Positions 9,817 through 17,379 of a stretch of DNA of 31,864 nucleotides are shown in pieces. Location: the IMG/VR virus record IMGVR_UViG_3300020374_000016, positions 1 through 31,864 of that record; one strand, written 5' to 3'. The DNA is from a virus. Lineage: Duplodnaviria; Caudoviricetes. Each line of letters starts with the position of its first letter. Within the stretch, counting starts at the first letter, position 1. Under the pieces are notes generated by a model. It was not told where the DNA came from, did not search any database, and was given only the letters and a program-made list of their open reading frames with translations. The position numbers were made by a program, and so were the translations under genes.

Positions 9817-10716
9817 ATGCAAAACAATCTTGCTGAAAAGGAAGAGCTTGAAGTCGTCGAGGTAGACGAGGAGCAAGCAGAGGTCGCTGTTGAGCAGCCC
9901 GAAAATGTTTCACGTGAAACATCGGAAGAAGCTCCGCCCGAAGAACAGCAACAGGATGAGCTAGGACAATATTCCGAATCCGTTCAACGTCGGATATCTA
10001 AACTGACGAATAAGTTTCGCGAAGAAGAACGCCAGAGAAACGCGGCGATTGAGTACGCGGAGGCGGTTAAGAAGCAGAACGAAGAGCTTCGTGCCCGCAT
10101 AGACAAGCTCGATCAATCGTTTGTTGGCGAGTTTGGTAGTCGTGTCGAAGCGGATGCTGCTGCTGCGAAGGAAACCTACCGCAAAGCCTATGAAGAGGGT
10201 GATGCGGACGCAATGTTCGAGGCGCAGCAACGTATTAGTCGTATTGCGTTGGAGCAGGCGCGGTATGAAGAGGCCAAGCGCAGGAACGAAGAGCGTCGAG
10301 AACAGCCGGTGGACGCAGCCCCTGCGCCACAGCAACCACAGCAACCACAGCAACCACAGCAACCGGACCCGAAAGCAGAGGCATGGGCGACGAAAAATGA
10401 ATGGTTTGGTAATGATCAAACCATGACATATGCAGCTTTTGGCATTCATAGGCAACTTATTGAAGACGAGGGGTTTGACCCATCCTCCGATGAGTATTAT
10501 AGTGAACTTGACAAACGTGTTCGCACGGAGTTCCCGCATAAATTCGCGGAGACAAAGCGCGACACTGGACCCAGAGTCGCTTCTGCTGGGTCAACGGCGT
10601 CAAAGTCGTCGTCACCAAAGGGGCGCAGAACAGTCAAACTGACTCCATCGCAGATTGCGATTGCGAAGCGATTGAATGTTCCGCTCGAGGAATATGCCAA
10701 GTACGTGAAGGAGTAA
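9817..10716 (+). CDS. Capsid scaffolding protein (299 aa)
   Basis: ATG at 9817 with GGAG upstream. Acidic N-terminus, long coiled coil, NEWFG motif and C-terminal LTPSQIAIAKRLNVPLEEYAK. Sits upstream of the capsid genes. Confidence 0.75.
   Translation: MQNNLAEKEELEVVEVDEEQAEVAVEQPENVSRETSEEAPPEEQQQDELGQYSESVQRRISKLTNKFREEERQRNAAIEYAEAVKKQNEELRARIDKLDQSFVGEFGSRVEADAAAAKETYRKAYEEGDADAMFEAQQRISRIALEQARYEEAKRRNEERREQPVDAAPAPQQPQQPQQPQQPDPKAEAWATKNEWFGNDQTMTYAAFGIHRQLIEDEGFDPSSDEYYSELDKRVRTEFPHKFAETKRDTGPRVASAGSTASKSSSPKGRRTVKLTPSQIAIAKRLNVPLEEYAKYVKE
9905..9922. promoter_or_regulatory. parS: parS consensus palindrome (ParB loading site) within the scaffold gene
   Basis: ATGTTTCACGTGAAACAT is a perfect 18-bp palindrome. 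The core TGTTTCACGTGAAACA (9906-9921) equals the canonical bacterial chromosomal parS and encodes NVSRET. Confidence 0.75.
10327..10364 (+). repeat. 9-nt tandem repeat (CCACAGCAA)x4 encoding PQQ x4
   Basis: Four exact copies read directly, in frame in the scaffold linker. Confidence 0.95.
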
Positions 10717-10719
10717 GTT

Positions 10720-11178
10720 ATGACGAATAGAAAACCACGCGAAGCAGAGACTCGCGCAACCACCCAGCGGCGTAAGCCCTGGTCCCCGCCTTCCAAGTTA
10801 GAGGCGCCCGAAGCACCCGCTGGTTATCAGCATCGTTGGGTCAGGACTCACCTTCGTGGTGATGACGACAAGCCCAACGTACACGCGAAGCTCCGTGAGG
10901 GGTGGGAACCAGTACGTGCAGACGAGTACCCCGACATGGGGGATCGCTACCCAGTGATCGAGGAAGGCAAGAATACTGGAGTTATCGGTGTAGGCGGCTT
11001 AATGCTGTGCCGGATTCCAGAGGAAACGGTCGAAGAGAGAACTGAATACTACCGGGAACAGACCCGCAATCAGATGCGTTCCGTTGACGAAAACCTTATG
11101 AGGGAACAACATCCCTCGATGCCTATCCACAATGATAGGCAAAGTCGTGTAACCTTCGGAGGAAAAGATTCCTCCTAA
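10720..11178 (+). CDS. Head-module hypothetical protein (152 aa)
   Basis: AAGGAG RBS. GYQHRWVR, LREGWEPV and GVGGLMLCRIP motifs. Lies between scaffold and capsid genes. Confidence 0.75.
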   Translation: MTNRKPREAETRATTQRRKPWSPPSKLEAPEAPAGYQHRWVRTHLRGDDDKPNVHAKLREGWEPVRADEYPDMGDRYPVIEEGKNTGVIGVGGLMLCRIPEETVEERTEYYREQTRNQMRSVDENLMREQHPSMPIHNDRQSRVTFGGKDSS

Positions 11179-11195
11179 CCTAATGAGGTAGAGCA

Positions 11196-11843
11196 ATGGC
11201 AAATGCCAATGTTGGCTTCGGTATGAAGCCCATAAATACCGCAGGTAGCACACCAGCTACTTCCGGTACTAATGCGTATCACATTAAGTCAGATGCAAGC
11301 GCGATTTTTCAAGGTTCTCCGGTTATCGCAACTAACGACGGCACTGTTGCTGTCTCCAGTTCTGCTTCCGGTGACACTTTGAAATTCCTTGGCGTTTTCG
11401 CTGGCTGTGAATACGTAGACGCAACCACTGGTAAGAAGAAGTTTTCGAACACTTGGCCCGGATCGGGAAGCGCGAACACAAATTTCGACATCATTGCGAA
11501 TGTGTACGACAACCCGATGCAGCGGTTCATCGTTTGTTCGGACGCTAGTCTTACCGACAAGGCGACCGCAATCGCCACCATCTTTGAGAGCGCAGAGTTC
11601 TCGGCTGAGTCTAACAAAGGCGCAGCAGATGGTAGTACGACCACTGGTATTTCGGCTGCACAGCTTGATGTATCGGAAGTAGATGCTGCTGATCTTTCGC
11701 ACCCGCTGAAGATCGTAGGCATCCTCGACGATCCGGAAAACGCTGACTTTACTGCTGCCGGTATTCCACTGATTGTGATGATCAACAACCATGCCCTTAC
11801 AGCAACTGCCACTGGCGGATCTGCTGAAGCTGGCATCTCGTAA
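11196..11843 (+). CDS. Putative capsid decoration/minor capsid protein
   Basis: GAGG RBS. Ala/Ser/Thr/Gly-rich beta protein (IFQGSPV, GVFAGCEY, VYDNP) immediately upstream of the major capsid gene. Confidence 0.6.
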   Translation: MANANVGFGMKPINTAGSTPATSGTNAYHIKSDASAIFQGSPVIATNDGTVAVSSSASGDTLKFLGVFAGCEYVDATTGKKKFSNTWPGSGSANTNFDIIANVYDNPMQRFIVCSDASLTDKATAIATIFESAEFSAESNKGAADGSTTTGISAAQLDVSEVDAADLSHPLKIVGILDDPENADFTAAGIPLIVMINNHALTATATGGSAEAGIS

Positions 11844-11858
11844 GGAGGGTAGTGAGTT

Positions 11859-12770
11859 ATGGCTATTTCTCGCGCACAACTCGCCAAAGAGCTTGAGCCT
11901 GGCCTCAACGCCCTCTTTGGCATGGAATATGGTCGCTACGAGGGTCAGCATGCTGAAATCTTCGATACCGAAGGCTCCGACCGAGCATTCGAAGAAGAGG
12001 TCATGCTGTCAGGTTTCGGTGCTGCACCCGTTAAAAACGAAGGCGCTGGAATCTCGTTCGATGACGCAAACGAGGCGTATACCGCACGGTATACCCACGA
12101 GACCGTCGCAATGGGTTTCTCGATCACCGAGGAAGCTGTTGAGGACAACCTTTACGACCGTCTGGCATCCCGCTACACCCGTGCCCTCGCCCGTTCGATG
12201 GCACACACCAAGCAGGTTAAGGCCGCATCCGTCCTTAACAACGCTTTCACCGCAGGCGCAACTGCCGGCGGCGACGGTGTAGCACTCTGTGATGCTTCAC
12301 ACCCACTCACCAGTGGTGGTACTTTCAACAATGAGCCGTCCACTGCGGCTGACCTTAACGAGACTTCTCTCGAAGACGCACTGATCAGCATCGCTGGTTT
12401 TGTCGATGAGCGTGGTTTGGTTATCGCACTGCGTGGCATGAAGCTGATCATTCCGCGTCAGCTACAGTTCATTGCTGAACGCCTGCTGGTGTCTAACCTT
12501 CGTGTTGGAACCGCCGACAACGATGTCAATGCTATCAAGAGCATGGGCATGCTGCCGGAGGGCTACGTAGTCAACGACTACCTGACCGACACTGATGCGT
12601 TCTTCATCAAGACGGACGCCCCGAACGGCCTCAAGCACTTCGAGCGTATGCCTCTGGCAACCAACATGGATCCGGATTTCGACACCGGTAACATGCGGTT
12701 CAAGGCTCGTGAGCGTTACTCGTTCGGCTTTTCAGACCCGCGTTGCGTATTCGGTTCGCCCGGAGCGTAA
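11859..12770 (+). CDS. Major capsid protein (303 aa)
   Basis: AAGGAGG RBS and strong codon bias. MAISRAQLAKELEPGL, ARYTHET, ITEEAVEDNLY and KARERYSFG motifs. Followed by a terminator. Confidence 0.9.
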   Translation: MAISRAQLAKELEPGLNALFGMEYGRYEGQHAEIFDTEGSDRAFEEEVMLSGFGAAPVKNEGAGISFDDANEAYTARYTHETVAMGFSITEEAVEDNLYDRLASRYTRALARSMAHTKQVKAASVLNNAFTAGATAGGDGVALCDASHPLTSGGTFNNEPSTAADLNETSLEDALISIAGFVDERGLVIALRGMKLIIPRQLQFIAERLLVSNLRVGTADNDVNAIKSMGMLPEGYVVNDYLTDTDAFFIKTDAPNGLKHFERMPLATNMDPDFDTGNMRFKARERYSFGFSDPRCVFGSPGA

Positions 12771-12795
12771 CGAAGGGGAAAATTCCTCCCCGACT

Positions 12796-12825
12796 GGGGG
12801 CCGCGATTGCGGCCCCCTTTTTTTT
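12796..12825 (+). terminator. Rho-independent terminator after the major capsid gene
   Basis: 9-bp stem GGGGGCCGC-GATT-GCGGCCCCC followed by T8. Confidence 0.9.
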
Positions 12826-12835
12826 CGGGTACTAT
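12807..12835 (+). promoter_or_regulatory. Putative sigma70-type promoter overlapping the terminator
   Basis: TTGCGG (12807-12812), 17-nt spacer, TACTAT (12830-12835). Same architecture as 29814-29842. Confidence 0.5.
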
Positions 12836-12842
12836 GACCTAG

Positions 12843-12887
12843 TCCCTGACAGACCTATTGGAGGTCTGACACTTGCCACGACAGGAG
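12843..12887 (+). promoter_or_regulatory. Structured 5' leader of the 12894 gene
   Basis: Hairpin CAGACCT-ATTGG-AGGTCTG (12850-12868). Flanking CCTG/CAGG pairing could cover the AGGAG RBS. Confidence 0.4.
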
Positions 12888-12893
12888 TACAAA

Positions 12894-13517
12894 ATGGCAA
12901 ACACAACCTTTTCGGGTCCGATCCGCTCCAAGGGCGGATTTAATGTGATCAATGAAAGCAGCACCACTGGTGCTATTACAGAAACTGGATTTTCTGTTAA
13001 CTCTACCGGCCAACTCGTTTCTATGGGTACAAGGAAGATTCAGTCTTTCGCTGGTTCCCTTGCTGCCACTGATGCCGCCAGCACAGCGTACGCAGATGGC
13101 GATGTGCTTGTAGAACTTGGAACGCTCAACACAGACGCACCAGATGGTCTCGTGACTCCGACAAAGTTCTTTATCCACAGAGCCTTGATTGGAATCACAA
13201 CGGCAGCAGGTCAAACTCTGGTTGGAAACCTGCAACTTAGTGCCACCAGCGGAACTGCGACAAACGCAGCAGTGTCTTCAGGCACAGAGATCGTAGGTGC
13301 TGGCGTCACGTCCTTCAACGAGCAGTTGAGCGCAACCCAGTCGATCACTGAAATTGACATCAACTTCAACGACACAGCCGGGAACTATCATATCTTTGTT
13401 CCTAACGTGACAGCGGCTATCGCAAGCACCCATCTATACGCTGCTGCGACCACCACTGTTAACGCTGACGTGACCGCTGGTAGGTTTACCGTTGAGCTAG
13501 AATACTCCGTATTCTAA
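12894..13517 (+). CDS. Putative virion structural protein (207 aa)
   Basis: ATG at 12894 with AGGAG RBS. MANTTFSGPIRS N-terminus and Thr/Ala/Ser-rich beta composition. First gene after the capsid gene. Confidence 0.7.
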   Translation: MANTTFSGPIRSKGGFNVINESSTTGAITETGFSVNSTGQLVSMGTRKIQSFAGSLAATDAASTAYADGDVLVELGTLNTDAPDGLVTPTKFFIHRALIGITTAAGQTLVGNLQLSATSGTATNAAVSSGTEIVGAGVTSFNEQLSATQSITEIDINFNDTAGNYHIFVPNVTAAIASTHLYAAATTTVNADVTAGRFTVELEYSVF

Positions 13518-13528
13518 AGGAGGGTTGA

Positions 13529-13804
13529 ATGGCTAGTTCGATTATTGCCAAGACAGCGACATCTACAGGCAGCTTGATTGGCGGTAGAACTCGTCTCAAG
13601 TCGTTTGTTGTTCGGAGTGCCGGCAGTGGTAGTCCTGCCGCTGTCTTCAGAAGTGGCGGTGGATCCGGCACGACTTTGTTGACCATGACGTTTGTGGCGA
13701 GTGATGACACGCAGATTACAATTCCGGATCATGGAATTATTTTTGAAGACGGCTGTCACGTCACGCTTACAAACGTAGACGCAATCACTGCGTTCTTTGG
13801 GTAG
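13529..13804 (+). CDS. Small virion structural protein (91 aa)
   Basis: AAGGAGG RBS. Beta-rich, with IPDHGIIFEDG motif. Confidence 0.7.
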   Translation: MASSIIAKTATSTGSLIGGRTRLKSFVVRSAGSGSPAAVFRSGGGSGTTLLTMTFVASDDTQITIPDHGIIFEDGCHVTLTNVDAITAFFG

Positions 13805-13809
13805 TCGTT

Positions 13810-14094
13810 ATGGCGCGCAAAAAGTCAAAGATGCCGCCAAGAAACAAAAAAAATTTCCGCCCCACAAAGTCTGGGGCGGGAATGACCGAAACTGGGGTTA
13901 AGGCATATCGACGTGCTAACCCTGGCAGCAAGTTAAAAACGGCAGTTACGGGCAAGGTTAAAAAGGGCAGCAAGGATGCAAAGCGGCGCAAGTCGTTCTG
14001 CGCCAGATCTGCTGGTCAGATGAAAAAGTTCCCCAAGGCTGCGAAGAACCCGAACAGCCGACTGCGTCAGGCACGGCGGAGATGGAAATGTTAG
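13810..14094 (+). CDS. Highly basic small protein with RRKSFCAR motif (recalled as DUF6321-like)
   Basis: 94 aa, very Lys/Arg-rich, with SFCAR...SRL...RRRWKC. Family name is from memory. Confidence 0.7.
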   Translation: MARKKSKMPPRNKKNFRPTKSGAGMTETGVKAYRRANPGSKLKTAVTGKVKKGSKDAKRRKSFCARSAGQMKKFPKAAKNPNSRLRQARRRWKC

Positions 14095-14318
14095 ATGAAA
14101 AGACGTTGGTTAAAACCATGTTTGTTGGTCTTAGCGGGGTGGCTCTTTCTCTTGTGGTTTGGATTCTCACGACGTTGATCGAGGTGGATAAGCGCACGGC
14201 TGTGATTGCCACGAAGGTGGAGTCAAATCATCAAATGTTAACTCCGCTGTGGGAAGACTTTATTAGGAGAAACCAGAATGCCGATCTCGCGAGGTTCCAT
14301 GTCGAAGCAAGTCAGTAA
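14088..14318 (+). CDS. Single-TM membrane protein
   Basis: GGAG 6 nt before ATG 14088 (14082 is an alternative start). Hydrophobic segment MFVGLSGVALSLVVWILTTLI followed by a coiled segment. Confidence 0.55.
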   Translation: MLDEKTLVKTMFVGLSGVALSLVVWILTTLIEVDKRTAVIATKVESNHQMLTPLWEDFIRRNQNADLARFHVEASQ

Positions 14319-14583
14319 AGGTGGCTCGAAGGACGCCTGCTATCGAAAAGTTAAGGCAAGATATAAGGTCTTCCCGTCGGCGTATGCAAGCGGGGCCATC
14401 GCCAAGTGCCGTAAGGTCGGAGCCGCAAACTGGGGCAACAAAAGCCAGAAGAAAGCCGCCGGGGGCATCAGTGAGCAACGAGCCAAGCGGCCCTTCCGAG
14501 GGAAGCTCGAATCGAATCAAGTAGTCGCGCGCGGCTGTGGCGGCGTAATGAACGGGCGACGAAAGAAAACTCGCATGAGCTAG
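14278..14583 (+). CDS. Basic protein with DACY...PSAYASG motif
   Basis: AGGAG RBS. KDACYRKVKARYKVFPSAYASGAIAKCRK and C-terminal RGCGGVM..RRKKT. Confidence 0.75.
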   Translation: MPISRGSMSKQVSKGGSKDACYRKVKARYKVFPSAYASGAIAKCRKVGAANWGNKSQKKAAGGISEQRAKRPFRGKLESNQVVARGCGGVMNGRRKKTRMS

Positions 14584-14585
14584 AG

Positions 14586-14774
14586 ATGATACATGCGTTT
14601 TTGTTGTTTGTGTATGTTGGGATAGGAGAAGACAGGCGGCTAGTAAGCAATGACATGTACTTTCGAGATTTGAACGAATGTACATATTTTGCACAGCAGC
14701 TTCACAGGCAGGGCCAAAAGATAACCGCGTATTGTGTGCCCAAGTTGATTAATGAAAGCACGAAGGTGTACTGA
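14586..14774 (+). CDS. Small hypothetical protein (62 aa, two Cys)
   Basis: Fills the gap between neighbours. Hydrophobic N-terminus and FxDxxEC...AYCVP pattern. Confidence 0.6.
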   Translation: MIHAFLLFVYVGIGEDRRLVSNDMYFRDLNECTYFAQQLHRQGQKITAYCVPKLINESTKVY

Positions 14775-15205
14775 TGTTAGCAGAATTGGCAGCAGCAAAC
14801 GCAGCCTTCGCGGTGATCAAGCAGGCGGTGTCGAATGGTAAGGAGATAGCTGCTGCGGGTAGCGCCATCGCCGAGTTTGTAGGGGCCAAAGAAAAGCTAC
14901 AGGCTAAGGCTGCTAGAAAGGGCGGCGGGTCAGATCTTGAAGAATTTATGGCTCTCGAACAAATACGAGCGCGTGAAGAAGAGCTAAAGCAAATGATGAT
15001 TATACTTGGCAGACCGGGACTGTGGCATGATTGGCAGCGTTTCCAAGCAAAGGCTAGAGTAGCAAGGCGAGAGGCAGAAGAAGAACGCATCAAAAAACGT
15101 AAACATCACTTTGAAGTAGCGGTCATTACGTTTCTTTTCATTGTGTTTGCTGGTATTTTAGCTTCTGTTGTCCTGTTGGTGTTACATACTCAAGGTAGGC
15201 TCTAA
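14774..15205 (+). CDS. Coiled-coil protein with C-terminal TM helix
   Basis: TGATG coupling and AAGGTG RBS. Hydrophobic tail VAVITFLFIVFAGILASVVLLVL. Confidence 0.7.
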   Translation: MLAELAAANAAFAVIKQAVSNGKEIAAAGSAIAEFVGAKEKLQAKAARKGGGSDLEEFMALEQIRAREEELKQMMIILGRPGLWHDWQRFQAKARVARREAEEERIKKRKHHFEVAVITFLFIVFAGILASVVLLVLHTQGRL

Positions 15206-15486
15206 TGGCAGTAAGGAAAACGAAAAGTGGCCTCGCGCTTAAAAGGTGGTTCAAGGAAGACTGGAAGGACCAGAGGACTGGTAAGGCATGTGGGCGTCGC
15301 AAAGGTGAAAAACGGGGTACTCCATATTGCCGCCCCACTAAGAGGGTTTCCTCGAAAACTCCTAAAACAGCCTCCGAAATGACGGCGGCTGAAAAGCGTA
15401 GTAGGATTAGTCAGAAGAAGCGTTTAGGTCAACCAGCCGGCAAGCCCCGGCGTGTAAAAGCAGTAAGGAGAAAGAAACGTGGCTAA
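15205..15486 (+). CDS. Basic protein with LKRWFKEDW...CGR...PYCRP motif (recalled as DUF5872-like)
   Basis: TAATG coupling. Highly Lys/Arg-rich with a W/C pattern. Family name is from memory. Confidence 0.75.
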   Translation: MAVRKTKSGLALKRWFKEDWKDQRTGKACGRRKGEKRGTPYCRPTKRVSSKTPKTASEMTAAEKRSRISQKKRLGQPAGKPRRVKAVRRKKRG

Positions 15487-15652
15487 AAAGTTTCCAGACC
15501 TTAACAAGGATGGCAAGGTCACTAAGGCTGATATCTTGAAAGGCCGAGGTGTTCCGGGTTTCAAGCACGGGGGCGCTATGTGTTCGCCGCGCAAGGAAGC
15601 TGCCGGTGCCATGACAATGCCGACTCGTAATGCAACTCGTACGAATACTTGA
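15479..15652 (+). CDS. 57-aa protein with EF-hand/dockerin-like loop (not in the ORF track)
   Basis: GTG start with AAGGAG at 15465-15470. Translates as MAKKFPDLNKDGKVTKADILKGRGVPGFKHGGAMCSPRKEAAGAMTMPTRNATRTNT and fills an otherwise empty gap. Confidence 0.7.
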   Translation: MAKKFPDLNKDGKVTKADILKGRGVPGFKHGGAMCSPRKEAAGAMTMPTRNATRTNT

Positions 15653-16106
15653 AGATTGGATTCTTGACGAGCTATGCAAGCCGGACAAGTTTGTAAACGG
15701 CAACGCGCTCTGTCCTTTCGCTCGAAACGCATGGTTGTCCAAGAAGGTTAAGACGCGAGAAGAAGTTGGTGACATTTGGGACGCGGTGTACGAAGAAATT
15801 GCCACGTTCGACGACACATACCAAGTAGTTGTGTGTGGCAACTATGGAGAAAAATACACCTACGACGACCTTGAGGCAGGTTGTTTCGCATTGAACGGGT
15901 GGTTGGCTGCAACGGCTGTTGATATTTGGCTGCTATCGTTCAAGGACAGGGGGTTGAACATGATTTTTGTGCAACGCCTTACCGATCTAGACAATGCTAG
16001 TGCAAAGCTGGAACGTCTAGATTACTATGTTAACTACACCCCGGACGATTATAATCGTCTAGTTAAAACGCGAAAGCAGAGGAGAAATGAATTATGCCAG
16101 GAATGA
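15630..16106 (+). CDS. Hypothetical protein with LCPFA motif (DUF1415-like)
   Basis: 158 aa with WI...LCPFAR..W and C-terminal FVQRLTDLDNASAKL...YY. Confidence 0.55.
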   Translation: MQLVRILEDWILDELCKPDKFVNGNALCPFARNAWLSKKVKTREEVGDIWDAVYEEIATFDDTYQVVVCGNYGEKYTYDDLEAGCFALNGWLAATAVDIWLLSFKDRGLNMIFVQRLTDLDNASAKLERLDYYVNYTPDDYNRLVKTRKQRRNELCQE

Positions 16107-16204
16107 AAAAACCAATGCGTAAAATGCGCGGCGGTGGGTCCATGATGATGAAGAAGCCCGTCATGGCAAAACGCGGTAAGGCTATGCGGAAGAAGAAGAA
16201 GTAA
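16094..16204 (+). CDS. 36-aa Met/Lys/Arg-rich peptide (not in the ORF track)
   Basis: GGAG at 16081-16084. Translates as MPGMKKPMRKMRGGGSMMMKKPVMAKRGKAMRKKKK. The stop abuts ATG 16205. Confidence 0.65.
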   Translation: MPGMKKPMRKMRGGGSMMMKKPVMAKRGKAMRKKKK

Positions 16205-16873
16205 ATGGCAACCTCCGGATCCAGGGATTTTGATCTCGATGTAGCAGACATTATCGAGGAAGCGTACGAACGGTGTGGTCTTGAAGTTCGCACCGGTTAC
16301 GACGCTCGTACGGCTCGTCGATCTTTAAATCTTATGTTCGCGGACTGGGCTAATCGTGGACTAAACTTGTGGACTGTAAAGCAAGCAACGCAGTCCCTGA
16401 CATCTGGCACGGCGACGTATGCCTTCAACGCCACGTACACCGACCTGCTGGAGGTTGTGCTTCGTCGCAGCAGCGTGGACTATCAACTCGACCGCATGTC
16501 ACGCAGCGAGTATCTGCATTTGCCCAACAAGTCACAGACAGGCCGTCCAAGCCAGTTCTTTTACAACCGGCAGACCACGCCAGAGATCACACTGTGGCCC
16601 ACACCTGACAGTTCTAGCGACAGTATCGTGTACTACTATGTGCAGCGCATCGAAGATGCGGACACATTGGTCAACACTACTGACGCACCTTTCCGATTTC
16701 TGCCGTGCATGGTTGCTGGTCTCGCGTATTACATGGCTATGAAAAAAGCCCCCGAACGTGTGCAGCTTTTAAAATCAGTGTACGAAGAAGAGTTCCAACG
16801 AGCAGCGGACGAGGACGAAGATCGCGTTGCACTGAAACTGCAACCGAGCATGCAGTATTTACGAGTGAATTAA
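16205..16873 (+). CDS. Head-tail adaptor / tail tubular protein A-like
   Basis: IIEEAYERCG, ARRSLNLMFADWANRG, GRPSQF, LWPTPD and PFRFLPCMVAGLAY. Size and position fit a podovirus adaptor. Confidence 0.7.
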   Translation: MATSGSRDFDLDVADIIEEAYERCGLEVRTGYDARTARRSLNLMFADWANRGLNLWTVKQATQSLTSGTATYAFNATYTDLLEVVLRRSSVDYQLDRMSRSEYLHLPNKSQTGRPSQFFYNRQTTPEITLWPTPDSSSDSIVYYYVQRIEDADTLVNTTDAPFRFLPCMVAGLAYYMAMKKAPERVQLLKSVYEEEFQRAADEDEDRVALKLQPSMQYLRVN

Positions 16874-17379
16874 TGGCAAGGTTTGCTTCGGGAAAAGATG
16901 CATACGGCACATCCGACCGATCCGGATTTAGATACCGGTTGGTGGAGATGGTTACCGAGTGGAATGGTTCCAAAGTAGGCAGGGACGAGTACGAAGCAAA
17001 ACACCCGCAATTAGCGCCAATTAGTGTGGGGCCAGATCCGCAGGCGATCCATGACCCACGCCCAGATCAACGCACCGAGGTTGCAGTCGCTCGACTGTTG
17101 CCAGCCAACCCGTTCTTGTCTGGTTCTGCCAGTAGCGCAGTTATTACTGTGGTAGAACCTTCGCATGGACGTACGACAGGAGATACTGTAAGGTTCCGGA
17201 AAGTGGAGGCGCTTGATGGATTCACAAAAGCAACACTGGAGAGTGCCAGTGGCTATACGATTACTGTCACGGATTCTAACTTGTATACCTTTTCGGCCTC
17301 GTCCGGCACCGCTACCACGGGAGGTCAGCGCGGCGGCGGTGAAGTCGCGACTGTCGGGCCGGTGACTTTGGAGGCGTAA
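16873..17379 (+). CDS. Virion protein with SDRSGFRY N-terminus and a small HG-x-x-x-GD beta domain
   Basis: True start is ATG 16873 (TAATG). C-terminal ITVVEPSHGRTTGDTVRF...YTITVTDSNLYTF domain. Confidence 0.65.
   Translation: MARFASGKDAYGTSDRSGFRYRLVEMVTEWNGSKVGRDEYEAKHPQLAPISVGPDPQAIHDPRPDQRTEVAVARLLPANPFLSGSASSAVITVVEPSHGRTTGDTVRFRKVEALDGFTKATLESASGYTITVTDSNLYTFSASSGTATTGGQRGGGEVATVGPVTLEA

Noticed and set aside
11289-11951. Minus-strand ORFs of 220 and 204 aa, and similar ones at 1597-2256 and 9961-10539
   Set aside because: They overlap well-supported + strand genes with strong codon bias and show no recognisable motifs.
12740-12790. Programmed frameshift or readthrough extension of the major capsid protein
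   Set aside because: TAA stop, no slippery heptamer seen before it, and a strong terminator follows.
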